The position numbers and the translations under genes are program-made. Positions 53,163 to 64,000 of a DNA stretch of 64,000 nucleotides are shown piece after piece. The stretch comes from an uncultured Actinomycetota bacterium. GTDB lineage: Bacteria; Actinomycetota; Actinomycetes; Propionibacteriales; Nocardioidaceae. The stretch's first letter is position 1, and each line of letters starts with the position of its first letter. The stretch spans positions 5,912-69,911 of the forward strand of contig CAWCFR010000033.1 of assembly GCA_963794725.1 (NCBI GenBank), read 5' to 3'. The notes beneath the pieces were generated by a model, which had not been told where the DNA came from, made no database searches, and saw only the letters and a program-made list of their open reading frames with translations.

Positions 53163-54689
53163 TCAGAAGTCGCTGAAGGTCTCGATCTGGGCGCCGAGCT
53201 CGTTGAGCCGGTCGGCCAGCCCCTCGTAGCCGCGGTGGATGACGTACGTCGACCGGAGCACCGAGGTGCCCTTGGAGGCGAGCATCGCCAACAGGATCAC
53301 GACGGCCGGGCGCAGGGCCGGGGGACAGACCACCTCGGCGCCGGACCAGTGCGTCGGGCCCTCGATCATCACCCGGTGCGGGTCCATCAGGGTGACCCGC
53401 CCGCCGAGCTTGTTGAGCTCGGTGAGGTAGAGGGCGCGGTTCTCGTAGACCCAGTCGTGCAGCAGGGTCTGGCCGGTCGCGGTGGCGGCGATCGCGGCGA
53501 AGAACGGCAGGTTGTCGATGTTGAGGCCGGGGAACGGCATCGGGTGGATCTTGTCGAGGGCCGCCCGCAGCACCGAGTGCAGCGTGGAGATGTCGACGAG
53601 GCGGGTCTGGCCGTTCGCCGCGAGGTACTCCTCGGACAGGGTGTAGCGGAACCCCATCTCCTCGAGGACGGAGAGCTCGATCTCGAGGAACTCGATCGGC
53701 ACCCGCTTCACGGTGATCTCGGAGTCGGTGACGATCGCGGCGGCGATCAGCGACATCGCCTCGATCGGGTCCTCGCTGGGGGAGTAGTCGACGTCGACGT
53801 CGATCTCGGTGCACCCGGTGACCTTGAGCGTCGTGGTCCCGATGCCCTCGATCTGCACGCCGAGCTTCTGCAGGAAGAAGCAGAGGTCCTGGACCATGTA
53901 GTTGGAGCTGGCGTTGCGGATCACCGTCGTCGAGTCGCACAGCGCCGCCGCCATCAACGCGTTCTCGGTGACGGTGTCGCCGCGCTCGGTCAGCACGATC
54001 GGGCGCCTCGGGATGATGCCGGAGGAGACGCTGGCGCGGTACTGCCCGTCGGTGGCCTTGACCTGCAGCCCGAAGGGGCGCAGGGCGCTCATGTGCGGCT
54101 CCACGGTGCGGGTGCCGAGGTCGCAGCCGCCGGCGTAGGGCAGCTCGAACTCGCTGGTGCGGTGCATCAGCGGGCCCAGGAACATGATGATCGAGCGGGT
54201 ACGGCGGGCCGCGACCTCGTCGATGCCGGCCAGGTCGAGCGTGGCCGGGGGGATGATCTCCAGGTCGTTCTCGGCGTTGAGCCAGCGCGAGCGCACGCCG
54301 ATGCTGTCGAGGACCTCGAGCAGCCGGTTGACCTCCTCGATCCGGGCGACCCGCCGCAGCGTCGTACGGCCCCGGTTGAGGAGGGTGGCGCACAGGAGCG
54401 CGACGCCGGCGTTCTTGGAGGTCTTCACCTCGATCGATCCGCGCAGCGTCGTGGGGCCGGTGACGCGCAGGTGGGTCGGGCCCTGGCCGATGCTCACCAG
54501 CGGGGAGTCGAGTGCCTCGCCGATGCGGGCGATCATGTCCAGGGAGAGGTTCTGGTGACCGCGCTCGATCCGGTTGACGGCGCTCTGGCTGGTGCCCAGC
54601 ACCTCGGCGAGCTGGACCTGGGTCCACCCCCGGTGCTTGCGGGCGTCGCGGATCAGGTTGCCGATGCGGGCGAGATAGTCCGGAGTCAC
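53163..54689 (-). CDS. XRE-HTH fused to MurA-like enolpyruvyl transferase
   Basis: ARKHRGWTQ.QLA...SQSAVNRIE.G; SKNA, AGGCDLGTR, TENAL, IHRGYE. Confidence 0.88.
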   Translation of the reverse strand: MTPDYLARIGNLIRDARKHRGWTQVQLAEVLGTSQSAVNRIERGHQNLSLDMIARIGEALDSPLVSIGQGPTHLRVTGPTTLRGSIEVKTSKNAGVALLCATLLNRGRTTLRRVARIEEVNRLLEVLDSIGVRSRWLNAENDLEIIPPATLDLAGIDEVAARRTRSIIMFLGPLMHRTSEFELPYAGGCDLGTRTVEPHMSALRPFGLQVKATDGQYRASVSSGIIPRRPIVLTERGDTVTENALMAAALCDSTTVIRNASSNYMVQDLCFFLQKLGVQIEGIGTTTLKVTGCTEIDVDVDYSPSEDPIEAMSLIAAAIVTDSEITVKRVPIEFLEIELSVLEEMGFRYTLSEEYLAANGQTRLVDISTLHSVLRAALDKIHPMPFPGLNIDNLPFFAAIAATATGQTLLHDWVYENRALYLTELNKLGGRVTLMDPHRVMIEGPTHWSGAEVVCPPALRPAVVILLAMLASKGTSVLRSTYVIHRGYEGLADRLNELGAQIETFSDF

Positions 54690-54700
54690 GAGCGGCAACG

Positions 54701-54718
54701 TATCTCAGATATGAGATA
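54701..54718. promoter_or_regulatory. Palindromic operator at the HTH-MurA promoter
   Basis: TATCTCA-GATA-TGAGATA, overlapping the minus-strand -10 TACGTT. Confidence 0.7.
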
Positions 54719-54753
54719 GCACCGAACACCCCACGCGGGCGGTGTCACGGACG

Positions 54754-55291
54754 TCACGTCGGGTCGCGGGGGAGTGCCGGCCAGCCTCCCGGCAGCAGCG
54801 TCCGCTGCATCCAGTGCACGTCGTGCCAGGCGCCGGCCTTGTGGCCGATGCCGCGCCAGGTGCCGACGTCCTCGAACCCCAGGGCAGCGGTGCAACCCGG
54901 CGCTGGCCGGGTTGGGCAGGGTCATCCCGGCCACGGCGACGACGAACCCGCGTTCCACGAGCCGCTCGAAGAGCGCGCCGTACAGCGCGCGGCCCGCTCC
55001 GGTCCGGCGCCGGCCGGGCTCGACGTACACGCTCACCTCGCAGGACCAGCGGTACGCCGGCCGGGACTTGTACGGACCGGCGTAGGCATAGCCGGTGATC
55101 CGACCGCCGTCGTCCTCCAGCACCACCCACGCGTGCGTGCGCAGGGCGGCCTCGATGCGCGTGCGCATCTCCTCGACGCTCGGCGGGTGCTCCTCGAAGC
55201 TGACGGCGGTCTGCTCGACGTAGGGCGTGTAGACCGCCAGGCACGCGGCGGCGTCCGCGGGAGTGGCCGAGCGGACGCGGTCGGGGTCCAT
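54754..55291 (-). CDS. GNAT acetyltransferase, phosphinothricin acetyltransferase-like (indel near 54885)
   Basis: VSFEEHPP, GYAYAG...RPAYRWS.EVSVYV, LPNPAS, HDVHW. Confidence 0.85.
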
Positions 55292-55641
55292 GCCCGGACA
55301 CGCTAGTGGGAGGGCGTCCATGGCCCTCGGAGGCACCAGGTGGTCCAGATGTCGACCATCGAGCGCCGAGTGGACTAGACCGGAATCCGGAGCCGACAAC
55401 GTTGACCGTAGCGGAGACGCTCGGCCGGCGCGCGCCACGAATCCCGCGGGAATTCACCGCTGCGAAGTGCGCAATCCGGTATCCGGCGGAGGCTGCGACG
55501 AGGGCGCTCGATACTGTCGATCGCGGCCGGCGGAGCTCAACGAGCCGACAACCCCCGGAGAAGTCACGAAATCACCGTGCCGGGGGTGGAGGGCGACCTA
55601 GGCTGCCGCCAGAACCGCTCGCCCACCAGCAAGGACCCCGC

Positions 55642-56766
55642 ATGCCGGCCCACTCGGACACCCCTCGCGAGATGCACCAGCTTCTCGCGATGGCGGGTGC
55701 CTGTGCGCGCCTGGAGTCGGCGACGGACATGTTGCACGCCGCGCTGCCGGTGCTGCTCTCGGTGAGCGGTGCGGACGCCGCCCTCGTGCTGGGGTCGTCG
55801 TTGCACGCCGAGGACGGCGGGCTGCACGCGACCCACCGCGCCGGCATCGACCTCGACCTGCGGGTCAGCGTCGCGGGAGGGGCCTCGGCCGAGACGAACG
55901 AGATCAGCGACGCTCCGGTGCCGGCCGCCTGGGAGTCGGCCGGTGTCCGCCGCGTCGCCCTGCGCCGGCTCGCGGGTGATCCCGTGCTGCTGGTCCTCGC
56001 CTGGCGCGAGGCCGAGCCCACCGACCGCGCCGAGCTGGAGCTGGGCCTGTCGCTGCTCGACGCCCACCTGATGCGCATCGCCCAGGGCAGCGTGGTGGCC
56101 GACCGCCCCAGCTCCATGGAGGAGTTCGAGCGGCGCAAGGCGCTCGAGATCAACGACAACGTCGTGCAGGGCCTGGTGGCTGCCTCCTACGCCCTGGACC
56201 AGGGCCAGGTGGCCGAGTGCTCGGCCTACCTCAGCCGCACCCTGAGCTCGGCCCGGGCGATGATGGACGGCATGCTCGAGCCCACCCACGGGCAGGGCTT
56301 CAAGCCCGGCGACCTGGTCCGCACCGCGGCCGCCACCCTGGGCGTGGCCGCCGAGGCGACCTCGACCGGCCGTTCGGTGGACTCGCACCCCGGAGCGCAC
56401 ACCGTCCTCGTGGTCGACGACGCCGACGACCTGCGGATGCTGCTGCGCTCGCGGATGGAGTCGCGTCGCGGCCTGACCGTGATCGGGGAGGCGGCCGACG
56501 GGCTGGCCGCGGTGGAGCTCGCCTCCGAGCTGCAGCCCGACCTGGTCATGCTCGACCTCGCGATGCCGCGCATGGACGGGCTCGAGGCGCTGCCGCTGAT
56601 CCGCGCCGCCGTGCCCGGGGTCCGCGTGATCGTGCTCTCCGGGTTCAACCAGAGCACGCTGGCCGAGAAGGCGATGGAGGCCGGCGCCGACCGCTACGTC
56701 GTCAAGGGCGGCTCGATGCGCCAGCTGCTCGACCTCGTCGACACCGTCCTCGAAGACGCTTCCTGA
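55642..56766 (+). CDS. Pseudo-HisKA_3 (His to Asn) + receiver protein
   Basis: ALEINDNVVQGL, no HATPase; receiver with VVDD, MLDLAMP, SGF, VKG. Confidence 0.75.
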   Translation: MPAHSDTPREMHQLLAMAGACARLESATDMLHAALPVLLSVSGADAALVLGSSLHAEDGGLHATHRAGIDLDLRVSVAGGASAETNEISDAPVPAAWESAGVRRVALRRLAGDPVLLVLAWREAEPTDRAELELGLSLLDAHLMRIAQGSVVADRPSSMEEFERRKALEINDNVVQGLVAASYALDQGQVAECSAYLSRTLSSARAMMDGMLEPTHGQGFKPGDLVRTAAATLGVAAEATSTGRSVDSHPGAHTVLVVDDADDLRMLLRSRMESRRGLTVIGEAADGLAAVELASELQPDLVMLDLAMPRMDGLEALPLIRAAVPGVRVIVLSGFNQSTLAEKAMEAGADRYVVKGGSMRQLLDLVDTVLEDAS

Positions 56767-56810
56767 GCCCTCTGCGGGCTGCATCGTCGGGTCGTCGTAC
56801 GGTCTGACCC

Positions 56811-57197
56811 ATGAGTGGAGATCAGCTGCAGCCCGAGGACACCCTGGACGACCGGGGCGTCGAGGACGTCCTCGACGAGGGGTACTCGCCGCCCGAGCGC
56901 GAGCCGGACCACCTGCGCCATCCCGAGGGTGGCGAGACGCTGGAGGAGCGGCTCGACGAGGAGGAGCCGGAGACCTGGGCGAGGGCCGAGGAGGAGCGCG
57001 ACGCGGACATCCTCGACGGCGACGTCGGCGGCGAGGTCGGCGATCGGCGCTCGGGTCGTCTGATGGCGCCCGACGAGGGCTCCCACGAGGACGTCGACAA
57101 GGACATGGTCGCCGAGGACGAGGGCATCGACGGCGCCGGCGCGAGCGCCGAGGAGGCCGCCATGCACACCATCGACGACTCGGACGACGGGCAGTAA
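56811..57197 (+). CDS. Acidic DUF5709-like protein
   Basis: QLQPEDTL, LDEGYSPPE, RSGRLMAPDEG, GAGASAEEAAMH. Confidence 0.8.
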   Translation: MSGDQLQPEDTLDDRGVEDVLDEGYSPPEREPDHLRHPEGGETLEERLDEEEPETWARAEEERDADILDGDVGGEVGDRRSGRLMAPDEGSHEDVDKDMVAEDEGIDGAGASAEEAAMHTIDDSDDGQ

Positions 57198-57326
57198 CAC
57201 CGCCTATTGCCGACATACAGGGCTTAACGCCCGGACCGGCGCGAGGTTCACATGCGCCCGCCCGGCGCAGCACCTAGAGTCACAGGAGATCTCGGGGGAT
57301 CGGCGCGGGGGACCACAGGAGCCGGG

Positions 57327-59168
57327 ATGGACCACACGACCCAGATGCAGCACCTTCTCGGGCTCAGTGGCACGTGCGCCACGGCGGACGATGCTGCCCA
57401 GATGCTCGACGAGGCCCTCCCGGTGATCGCGGCACTGGCGGCCGCCGACACGGCGGGAGTGGTGCGTCGCCACGGCGAGGCGGCGCCGTTCCTGTCCCAC
57501 CACACGGGCGCCCGGATCGACGTCACCGACGTCGACGTCGCGGCCCTGGTCGAGGAGACCGGGTCGGCCGAGACGCTCCGCGCCGTCGCTGCCCCCGAGG
57601 TCTGGGCGCGCAGCGGGATCGCGCACGTCGCCCTGCACCGGCTGCCCGGTCACCACGGCGTGCTCGTCCTCGGCTGGACGACGGCCGAGCCGGTCCTGCC
57701 GGCCGGGCTGGGCGTGGCGGTGGCCAGCCTCGACGGCGGGCTGGCCCGGGTCGGGAGCGCCGAGGAGCTCAGCGACCTCACCGCCCGGGTCGACAACGCC
57801 CAGCACCTCGCGCACATGGGCGACTACGACTGGCACATCTCCAGCGACACCAACAGGTGGTCCGACGAGCTCTTCCGGATCTACGGGCACGAGCCGGGTG
57901 CGTTCAACCCGTCGTACGAGCGCTTCCTGTCCCTGATCCACCCCGATGACCGGGAGCGGATCACCGGGGTGCACCAGCAGGCCTACGCGACCGGTGAGCC
58001 CTACCAGATGATGGAGCGGATCGTGCGGCCCGACGGGTCCGTGCGCTACCTGTCCTCCAACGGCCAGGTGGTGATGGACGAGCACGGCACGCCGCTGCGC
58101 ATGCGGGGCACCTGCATCGACATCACCGACCGCGTGCTGGCCGACCGCGAGCGCGAGCAGATGGGCCTGCGGTACCGGAGCCTGGTCGAGACGGCGCCCG
58201 AGGCGATCCTGCTGGTCGACGGGTCCGACCACGTCATCGACGCCAACTCGCGTGCGCACGACCTGTTCGGCGGCGAACCGACGGGGCGCTCGATGGCCGA
58301 CCTGCTGCCGCAGACCGACGGTCAGGGCATCGAGGGCCGGCGCCTCGACGACTCCCGGCTCGTGGTCGACGTCAGCCGGACGGTGGTCAGCCCGGAGGAC
58401 GACGAGCAGCTCGTGGCCGTCTTCGTGCGCGACGCCTCGAGCCGGCTGGCCGGTGAGGCTCTCGCTGGACGGCTGAGCCAGGCCAGGTTGCGCCGGCGTC
58501 AGGCCCTGGAGATCAACGACAACGTGGTCCAGGGACTCGTCGCGGCCAAGTACGCCCTCGACGCCGAGCAGTACCCCGTCGTCGCGACGTACATCGACCG
58601 GACCCTGGACTCGGCGCGCGCGATGATGGACGACCTCCTCGAGCCGCTCGACGGTGAGGACCTGGTGCCGGGTGACCTGGTGCGGGCGAACCCGGCCGAC
58701 ATCAGCCGCGACCAGCGCTCGCGCGTCGCGGACGACGCGCCGGTCACGTCCGGCAAGGGAACCCGACGGGGCGCCGGAGGCCGTGCGCGGGGCGGCGATC
58801 GTCGCGTCCTCGTGGTCGACGACGCCGACGACCTGCGCGTCCTGCTGCGGGCGAGGCTGGAGAAGGCACCGGGCTTCACCGTGGTCGGCGAGGCGGCCGA
58901 CGGCATCGCCGCGGTCGAGGCGGCCCGCGAGCTGCAGCCAGACCTGGTGCTGCTCGACCTGGCGATGCCGCGGATGGACGGCCTGGAGGCGCTCCCGCAC
59001 ATCCGTGAGGCCGTGCCCGGCGTGCGCGTCATCGTCTTCAGCGGCTTCGACCAGAGCACCCTGGCCCAGAAGGCGATCGCCGCCGGCGCCGACCACTACA
59101 TGGTCAAGGGTGGCCCGATGCGCAAGCTGATGGAGCTCGTCGAGTCGGTGCTGGAACCCTCCGGCTGA
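57327..59168 (+). CDS. PAS-PAS + pseudo-HisKA_3 (His to Asn) + receiver protein
   Basis: WSDELFRIYG, IHPDDRE, DITDR; ALEINDNVVQGL; intact receiver. Confidence 0.8.
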   Translation: MDHTTQMQHLLGLSGTCATADDAAQMLDEALPVIAALAAADTAGVVRRHGEAAPFLSHHTGARIDVTDVDVAALVEETGSAETLRAVAAPEVWARSGIAHVALHRLPGHHGVLVLGWTTAEPVLPAGLGVAVASLDGGLARVGSAEELSDLTARVDNAQHLAHMGDYDWHISSDTNRWSDELFRIYGHEPGAFNPSYERFLSLIHPDDRERITGVHQQAYATGEPYQMMERIVRPDGSVRYLSSNGQVVMDEHGTPLRMRGTCIDITDRVLADREREQMGLRYRSLVETAPEAILLVDGSDHVIDANSRAHDLFGGEPTGRSMADLLPQTDGQGIEGRRLDDSRLVVDVSRTVVSPEDDEQLVAVFVRDASSRLAGEALAGRLSQARLRRRQALEINDNVVQGLVAAKYALDAEQYPVVATYIDRTLDSARAMMDDLLEPLDGEDLVPGDLVRANPADISRDQRSRVADDAPVTSGKGTRRGAGGRARGGDRRVLVVDDADDLRVLLRARLEKAPGFTVVGEAADGIAAVEAARELQPDLVLLDLAMPRMDGLEALPHIREAVPGVRVIVFSGFDQSTLAQKAIAAGADHYMVKGGPMRKLMELVESVLEPSG

Positions 59169-59289
59169 GCGGGGGAGCGTCACCGGCGTGTCCTATTTGC
59201 CCATTTAGCCGCCTGATGGCACTGCGGTTGGGATGATTCCGGGGAGAGCGGCCCGGAATCTGGCCGTGCTGACCCAGGGACCCCAACCG

Positions 59290-61434
59290 ATGGCTGACGT
59301 GGCGACCCACAGCGCACCCCGCGCGGGGCACGGCGACGCGCCCGCGCCGGTCCGCAGGACGCCCGGCACTCCGGCAGAGGGACCTCAGCACGTCGCGCCA
59401 CAGCAGCGCAGGGTCTCCACGGCGGGCGTGGTCGCCCTCGGCATGTTCTTCGTCGCGGGCTGCGCGCTGATCTTCGGTCCGAGCTCCGCCGACCCCGACT
59501 TCGTCGCCGACCTGGTCAGCACCGTCGCCTCGGGCCTGGCCTTCCTCTGCTGCGTGCACGCGGCCCGGGTGACGACAGGGGCTGTCTCCCGGTCGTGGGC
59601 CCTGTTCGCCACGACGATGGGCATGTGGGCGACCGCCGACACGATCTGGTTCGTCGACTCCGCGGCGACGGGGGAGCACCCGCTGGTCTCGGTCGCCGAC
59701 TGGCTCTACCTGCTCGGCATCATCCCTGCGGCCATCGCGATGGTCACCTTCCCGGCCGGGACCTGGGAGCGGGGCGCCCGCTGGCGGCTCGTGCTGGACG
59801 TGCTGGTCCTGGGCAGCGCGCTCCTGATGTCCTCGCAGCTGCTCGTGCTCGACGAGGTGTCGGCGCTGAACCCGAGCACGTGGGACACGATCGTCTACGA
59901 GGTCTACCCCGTCACCGACGTCCTGCTCGCGGGGCTCGCTGTGCTGCTGCTGATCCGCACGGCCGGTGCGCCGCGTCTCGACCTGACGCTCGTCGCCCTC
60001 GGCTTCGCCACCTGGACCGCGACCGACAACGGCTATGCCCTCTTCTCCTCCCGCGGCGTGGACTACAACGGTTCCCTGGTGGCCATCGGCTACGTGGTGG
60101 CGCCGCTCCTGATCGGGCTGGGGGCGTTGGTCTCGCCGGGGTCCGCGAGTCACGAACGCACCATCCAGCGGCACGCGACCGGCACGGTGTCGGCGATGCT
60201 GCCCGACCTCGCCTTCCTCACCGCCGTCGGCCTCGTGCTGGTCCGGGGCCTCGGCAGCTGGCAGGACTGGACGATGGCCGGGGTGACCCTGGCCTTCACC
60301 GCCGTCCGCCAGCTGGTGCTGAGCTCGGACAACCACACGATCCAGCTGGACCTGGAGCGGAAGGTCGAGACCCGCACCCACGAGCTGCACCAGCTCTCCG
60401 AGCGGCACCGCAGCATCCTCGAGGCCGTGGGCGAGGGGATCGTGGACGTCGACGAGGGCGGGCAGATCGTGTTCGTGAACCGCGCCGCCGCGACGATGCT
60501 CGGTTGGCGGCCCTCCGAGCTCGAGGGACGTGGCGCCTGCGCGACGCTGTGCCGGGACCAGCACGACCACTGCGTCATCGACATGGTGCTGGCGGTGGGC
60601 GAAGTGGTTCGCCGGGCCGAGACCGAGTACGTACGGCGCAACGGTCAGACGTTCCCCGTCGAGATCACCGCCGCGCCGAAGGCCGGCCCGACCGGGCCGA
60701 CGGGTGCGGTGATCGCCTTCCGCGACGTGACCGAGCGCCAGGCGATGGACCGGATGAAGCGCGAGTTCGTCGGCATGGTGAGCCACGAGCTGCGCACCCC
60801 GCTCACCGCGATCCGGGGGTCGTTGGAGGTGCTCGCCGACGGTGACACCGGCGAGCTCCCCGAGCAGGCGCAGGTGGCCGTCGACATGGCCGTGCGCGGC
60901 AGTGAGCGCCTGACCCGCCTGGTCAACGACATCCTCGACGTCGAGCGGCTGGACGCCGGCTCCTTCGACGTACGCCCCTCGCCCCAGGACGTGGCCCCGC
61001 TGGTCGCCTCGAGCATCGACTCCCTGCGCCCGTGGGCGCACGAGCGCGGTGTCACCCTGGTCGCCGACGTCGTCTCGGGGCGGGCCCTGTGCGACGCGGA
61101 CAGGCTCGCTCAGGCACTGACCAACCTGGTGGGCAACGCCGTGAAGTTCACGCCGGCCGGCAGGGCGGTCGAGGTCGTGGTGGAACCTCGCGGCCACGAC
61201 GTCCTGTTCTCGGTGAGGGACGAGGGTCGCGGGATCCCGCAGGACCAGCTCGACTCGATCTTCGACCGCTTCCACCAGGTGGAGGACAGCGACGCCAGGG
61301 GCAAGGGCGGCACCGGCCTGGGCCTGACGATCACCAAGTCGATCGTGGAGCGGCACGGGGGTCACATCGTGGTCGAGAGCGAGGTCGGCGTCGGCTCGAC
61401 CTTCCGGTTCTCGTTGCCCGCTGCCGCCGTGTGA
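59290..61434 (+). CDS. Multi-TM + PAS sensor histidine kinase
   Basis: SHELRTPL, NLVGNAVKF, DEGRGI, GTGLGL. Confidence 0.92.
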   Translation: MADVATHSAPRAGHGDAPAPVRRTPGTPAEGPQHVAPQQRRVSTAGVVALGMFFVAGCALIFGPSSADPDFVADLVSTVASGLAFLCCVHAARVTTGAVSRSWALFATTMGMWATADTIWFVDSAATGEHPLVSVADWLYLLGIIPAAIAMVTFPAGTWERGARWRLVLDVLVLGSALLMSSQLLVLDEVSALNPSTWDTIVYEVYPVTDVLLAGLAVLLLIRTAGAPRLDLTLVALGFATWTATDNGYALFSSRGVDYNGSLVAIGYVVAPLLIGLGALVSPGSASHERTIQRHATGTVSAMLPDLAFLTAVGLVLVRGLGSWQDWTMAGVTLAFTAVRQLVLSSDNHTIQLDLERKVETRTHELHQLSERHRSILEAVGEGIVDVDEGGQIVFVNRAAATMLGWRPSELEGRGACATLCRDQHDHCVIDMVLAVGEVVRRAETEYVRRNGQTFPVEITAAPKAGPTGPTGAVIAFRDVTERQAMDRMKREFVGMVSHELRTPLTAIRGSLEVLADGDTGELPEQAQVAVDMAVRGSERLTRLVNDILDVERLDAGSFDVRPSPQDVAPLVASSIDSLRPWAHERGVTLVADVVSGRALCDADRLAQALTNLVGNAVKFTPAGRAVEVVVEPRGHDVLFSVRDEGRGIPQDQLDSIFDRFHQVEDSDARGKGGTGLGLTITKSIVERHGGHIVVESEVGVGSTFRFSLPAAAV

Positions 61435-61447
61435 CACGATTTGCCGG

Positions 61448-61894
61448 GTGAGCAGCACAGCCGGGTCGCAGCGCCTCAGCGACCTCGCGCGACTCCGGCG
61501 GGTCCGCGACCGGATCGACCGGGAGTACGCGCAGCCGCTCGACGTGGAGGCACTCGCCCGCGGGGTGCACATGTCCTCGGGCCACCTCAGCCGCCAGTTC
61601 CGCGAGGCGTACGGCGAGTCGCCGTACTCCTACCTGATGACGCGGCGCATCGAGCGCGCCATGGCGTTGCTCCGCCGCGGCGACCTGTCGGTGACCGAGG
61701 TCTGCTTCGAGGTCGGCTGCTCCTCGCTCGGCACGTTCAGCACCCGGTTCTCCGAGCTCGTCGGGGTGCCGCCGAGCGCCTACCGCGAGCAGTTCACCGA
61801 CGTCACCGCGGAGATGCCGTCGTGCGAGACCAAGAAGGTCACCAGACCGGTCAGGAATCGAGAAGCGTCGGCCGTGCGCATCCCCCTAACGTGA
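61448..61894 (+). CDS. Small AraC-family regulator
   Basis: LARGVHMS.GHLSR.F, VTEVCFEVG.SSLGTFS. Confidence 0.9.
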   Translation: MSSTAGSQRLSDLARLRRVRDRIDREYAQPLDVEALARGVHMSSGHLSRQFREAYGESPYSYLMTRRIERAMALLRRGDLSVTEVCFEVGCSSLGTFSTRFSELVGVPPSAYREQFTDVTAEMPSCETKKVTRPVRNREASAVRIPLT

Positions 61895-61899
61895 GCGCC

Positions 61900-62310
61900 A
61901 TGAACATCACCATCCACGCGAGCTTCCTGCCACTCGACGACCCCGAGGCGGCGCTGGCGTTCTACCGCGACATCCTCGGGTTCGAGCTGCGCCTCGACGT
62001 CGGCCAGGGCACGATGCGCTGGCTCACCGTCGGGCCGGTCGGCCAGCCCGACACCTCGATCGTGCTGCACCCGCCGGGCGTCGACCCGGGCATCACCGAC
62101 GACGAGCGCCGCCTGATCACCGAGATGATGGCGAAGGGCACCTACGGCAGCCTGCTCCTCGCCACCCACGACCTCGACGACGCCTTCGACAAGCTCCAGG
62201 CGAGCGATGCCGAGATCGTCCAGGAGCCGACCGAGCAGCCCTACGGCGTGCGCGACTGCGCCGTCCGCGACCCAGCAGGCAACATGGTCCGGATCCAGGA
62301 GGTCCGATGA
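61900..62310 (+). CDS. VOC/glyoxalase family protein
   Basis: ALAFYRDILG, QPYGVRDCAVRDPAGN; TAACGT -10 at 61887. Confidence 0.9.
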   Translation: MNITIHASFLPLDDPEAALAFYRDILGFELRLDVGQGTMRWLTVGPVGQPDTSIVLHPPGVDPGITDDERRLITEMMAKGTYGSLLLATHDLDDAFDKLQASDAEIVQEPTEQPYGVRDCAVRDPAGNMVRIQEVR

Positions 62311-62543
62311 AGACCATGACGTGCAAGCAGCTCGGCGGCGCCTGCGACCTCGAGCTCCGCGGTGACACGGCCGACGACGTGATCAAGGCCCAGGACCAGC
62401 ACCTCAAGGACGTGGTGGCCGGTGGCGACACCGCGCACGAGCAGGCACTGAAGGAGATGAAGGGCCGGTGGAAGCATCCGATCAAGGGGATGGGTTGGTA
62501 CAAGGACACCAAGCGCGAGTTCGCGGCGCTGCCCGATGACTGA
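62307..62543 (+). CDS. DUF1059-like small protein
   Basis: MKTMTCKQLGGAC...H. Confidence 0.7.
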   Translation: MKTMTCKQLGGACDLELRGDTADDVIKAQDQHLKDVVAGGDTAHEQALKEMKGRWKHPIKGMGWYKDTKREFAALPDD

Positions 62544-62555
62544 GCACGTCGACTG

Positions 62556-64000
<1,445 letters not shown>

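Overview
High-GC actinobacterial chromosome segment, probably Nocardioides-like (inferred from gene content and order). Many single-base frameshifts break conserved genes (dop, pup, prcA, pafA, pafB/C, kamD, ppm1). These look like uncorrected long-read indel errors, so I joined frames by hand and some coordinates are approximate. Contents: (1) 2.6-26 kb, the Pup-proteasome superlocus (RecB-like nuclease, site-2 protease, trmI, arc, dop, pup, prcBA, pafA, FKBP, pafBC, tatAC, lipid kinase, helY). Two paralogous secreted PLD-superfamily genes flank dop on the opposite strand, and an MFS-TetR pair sits between prcA and pafA. (2) 26-42 kb, accessory genes: ABC efflux, 5'-3' exonuclease, topoisomerase IB, VOC proteins with ECF-type promoters, two TolB-like propellers, and a cyclase-STAND-LuxR regulator followed by a signal-peptide-less AmiC-like protein. 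(3) 42.6-48 kb, a B12-dependent lysine catabolic cluster (kamA, kdd, kamDE, kal). (4) 48-55 kb, ppm1-fxsA-rbpA, MFS, GDPD and an HTH-MurA fusion. (5) 55.6-64 kb, a signalling cluster and an AraC-VOC-UvrA-like operon. Best novelty leads: an unannotated structured RNA candidate at about 48150-48370; a 6C-like sRNA at about 52935-53115; short ATGA-flanked inserts that appear to preserve translational coupling; two His-to-Asn pseudo-kinase/receiver proteins beside an intact kinase; the PLD pair inside the Pup locus; and a probable self-operator for HTH-MurA.
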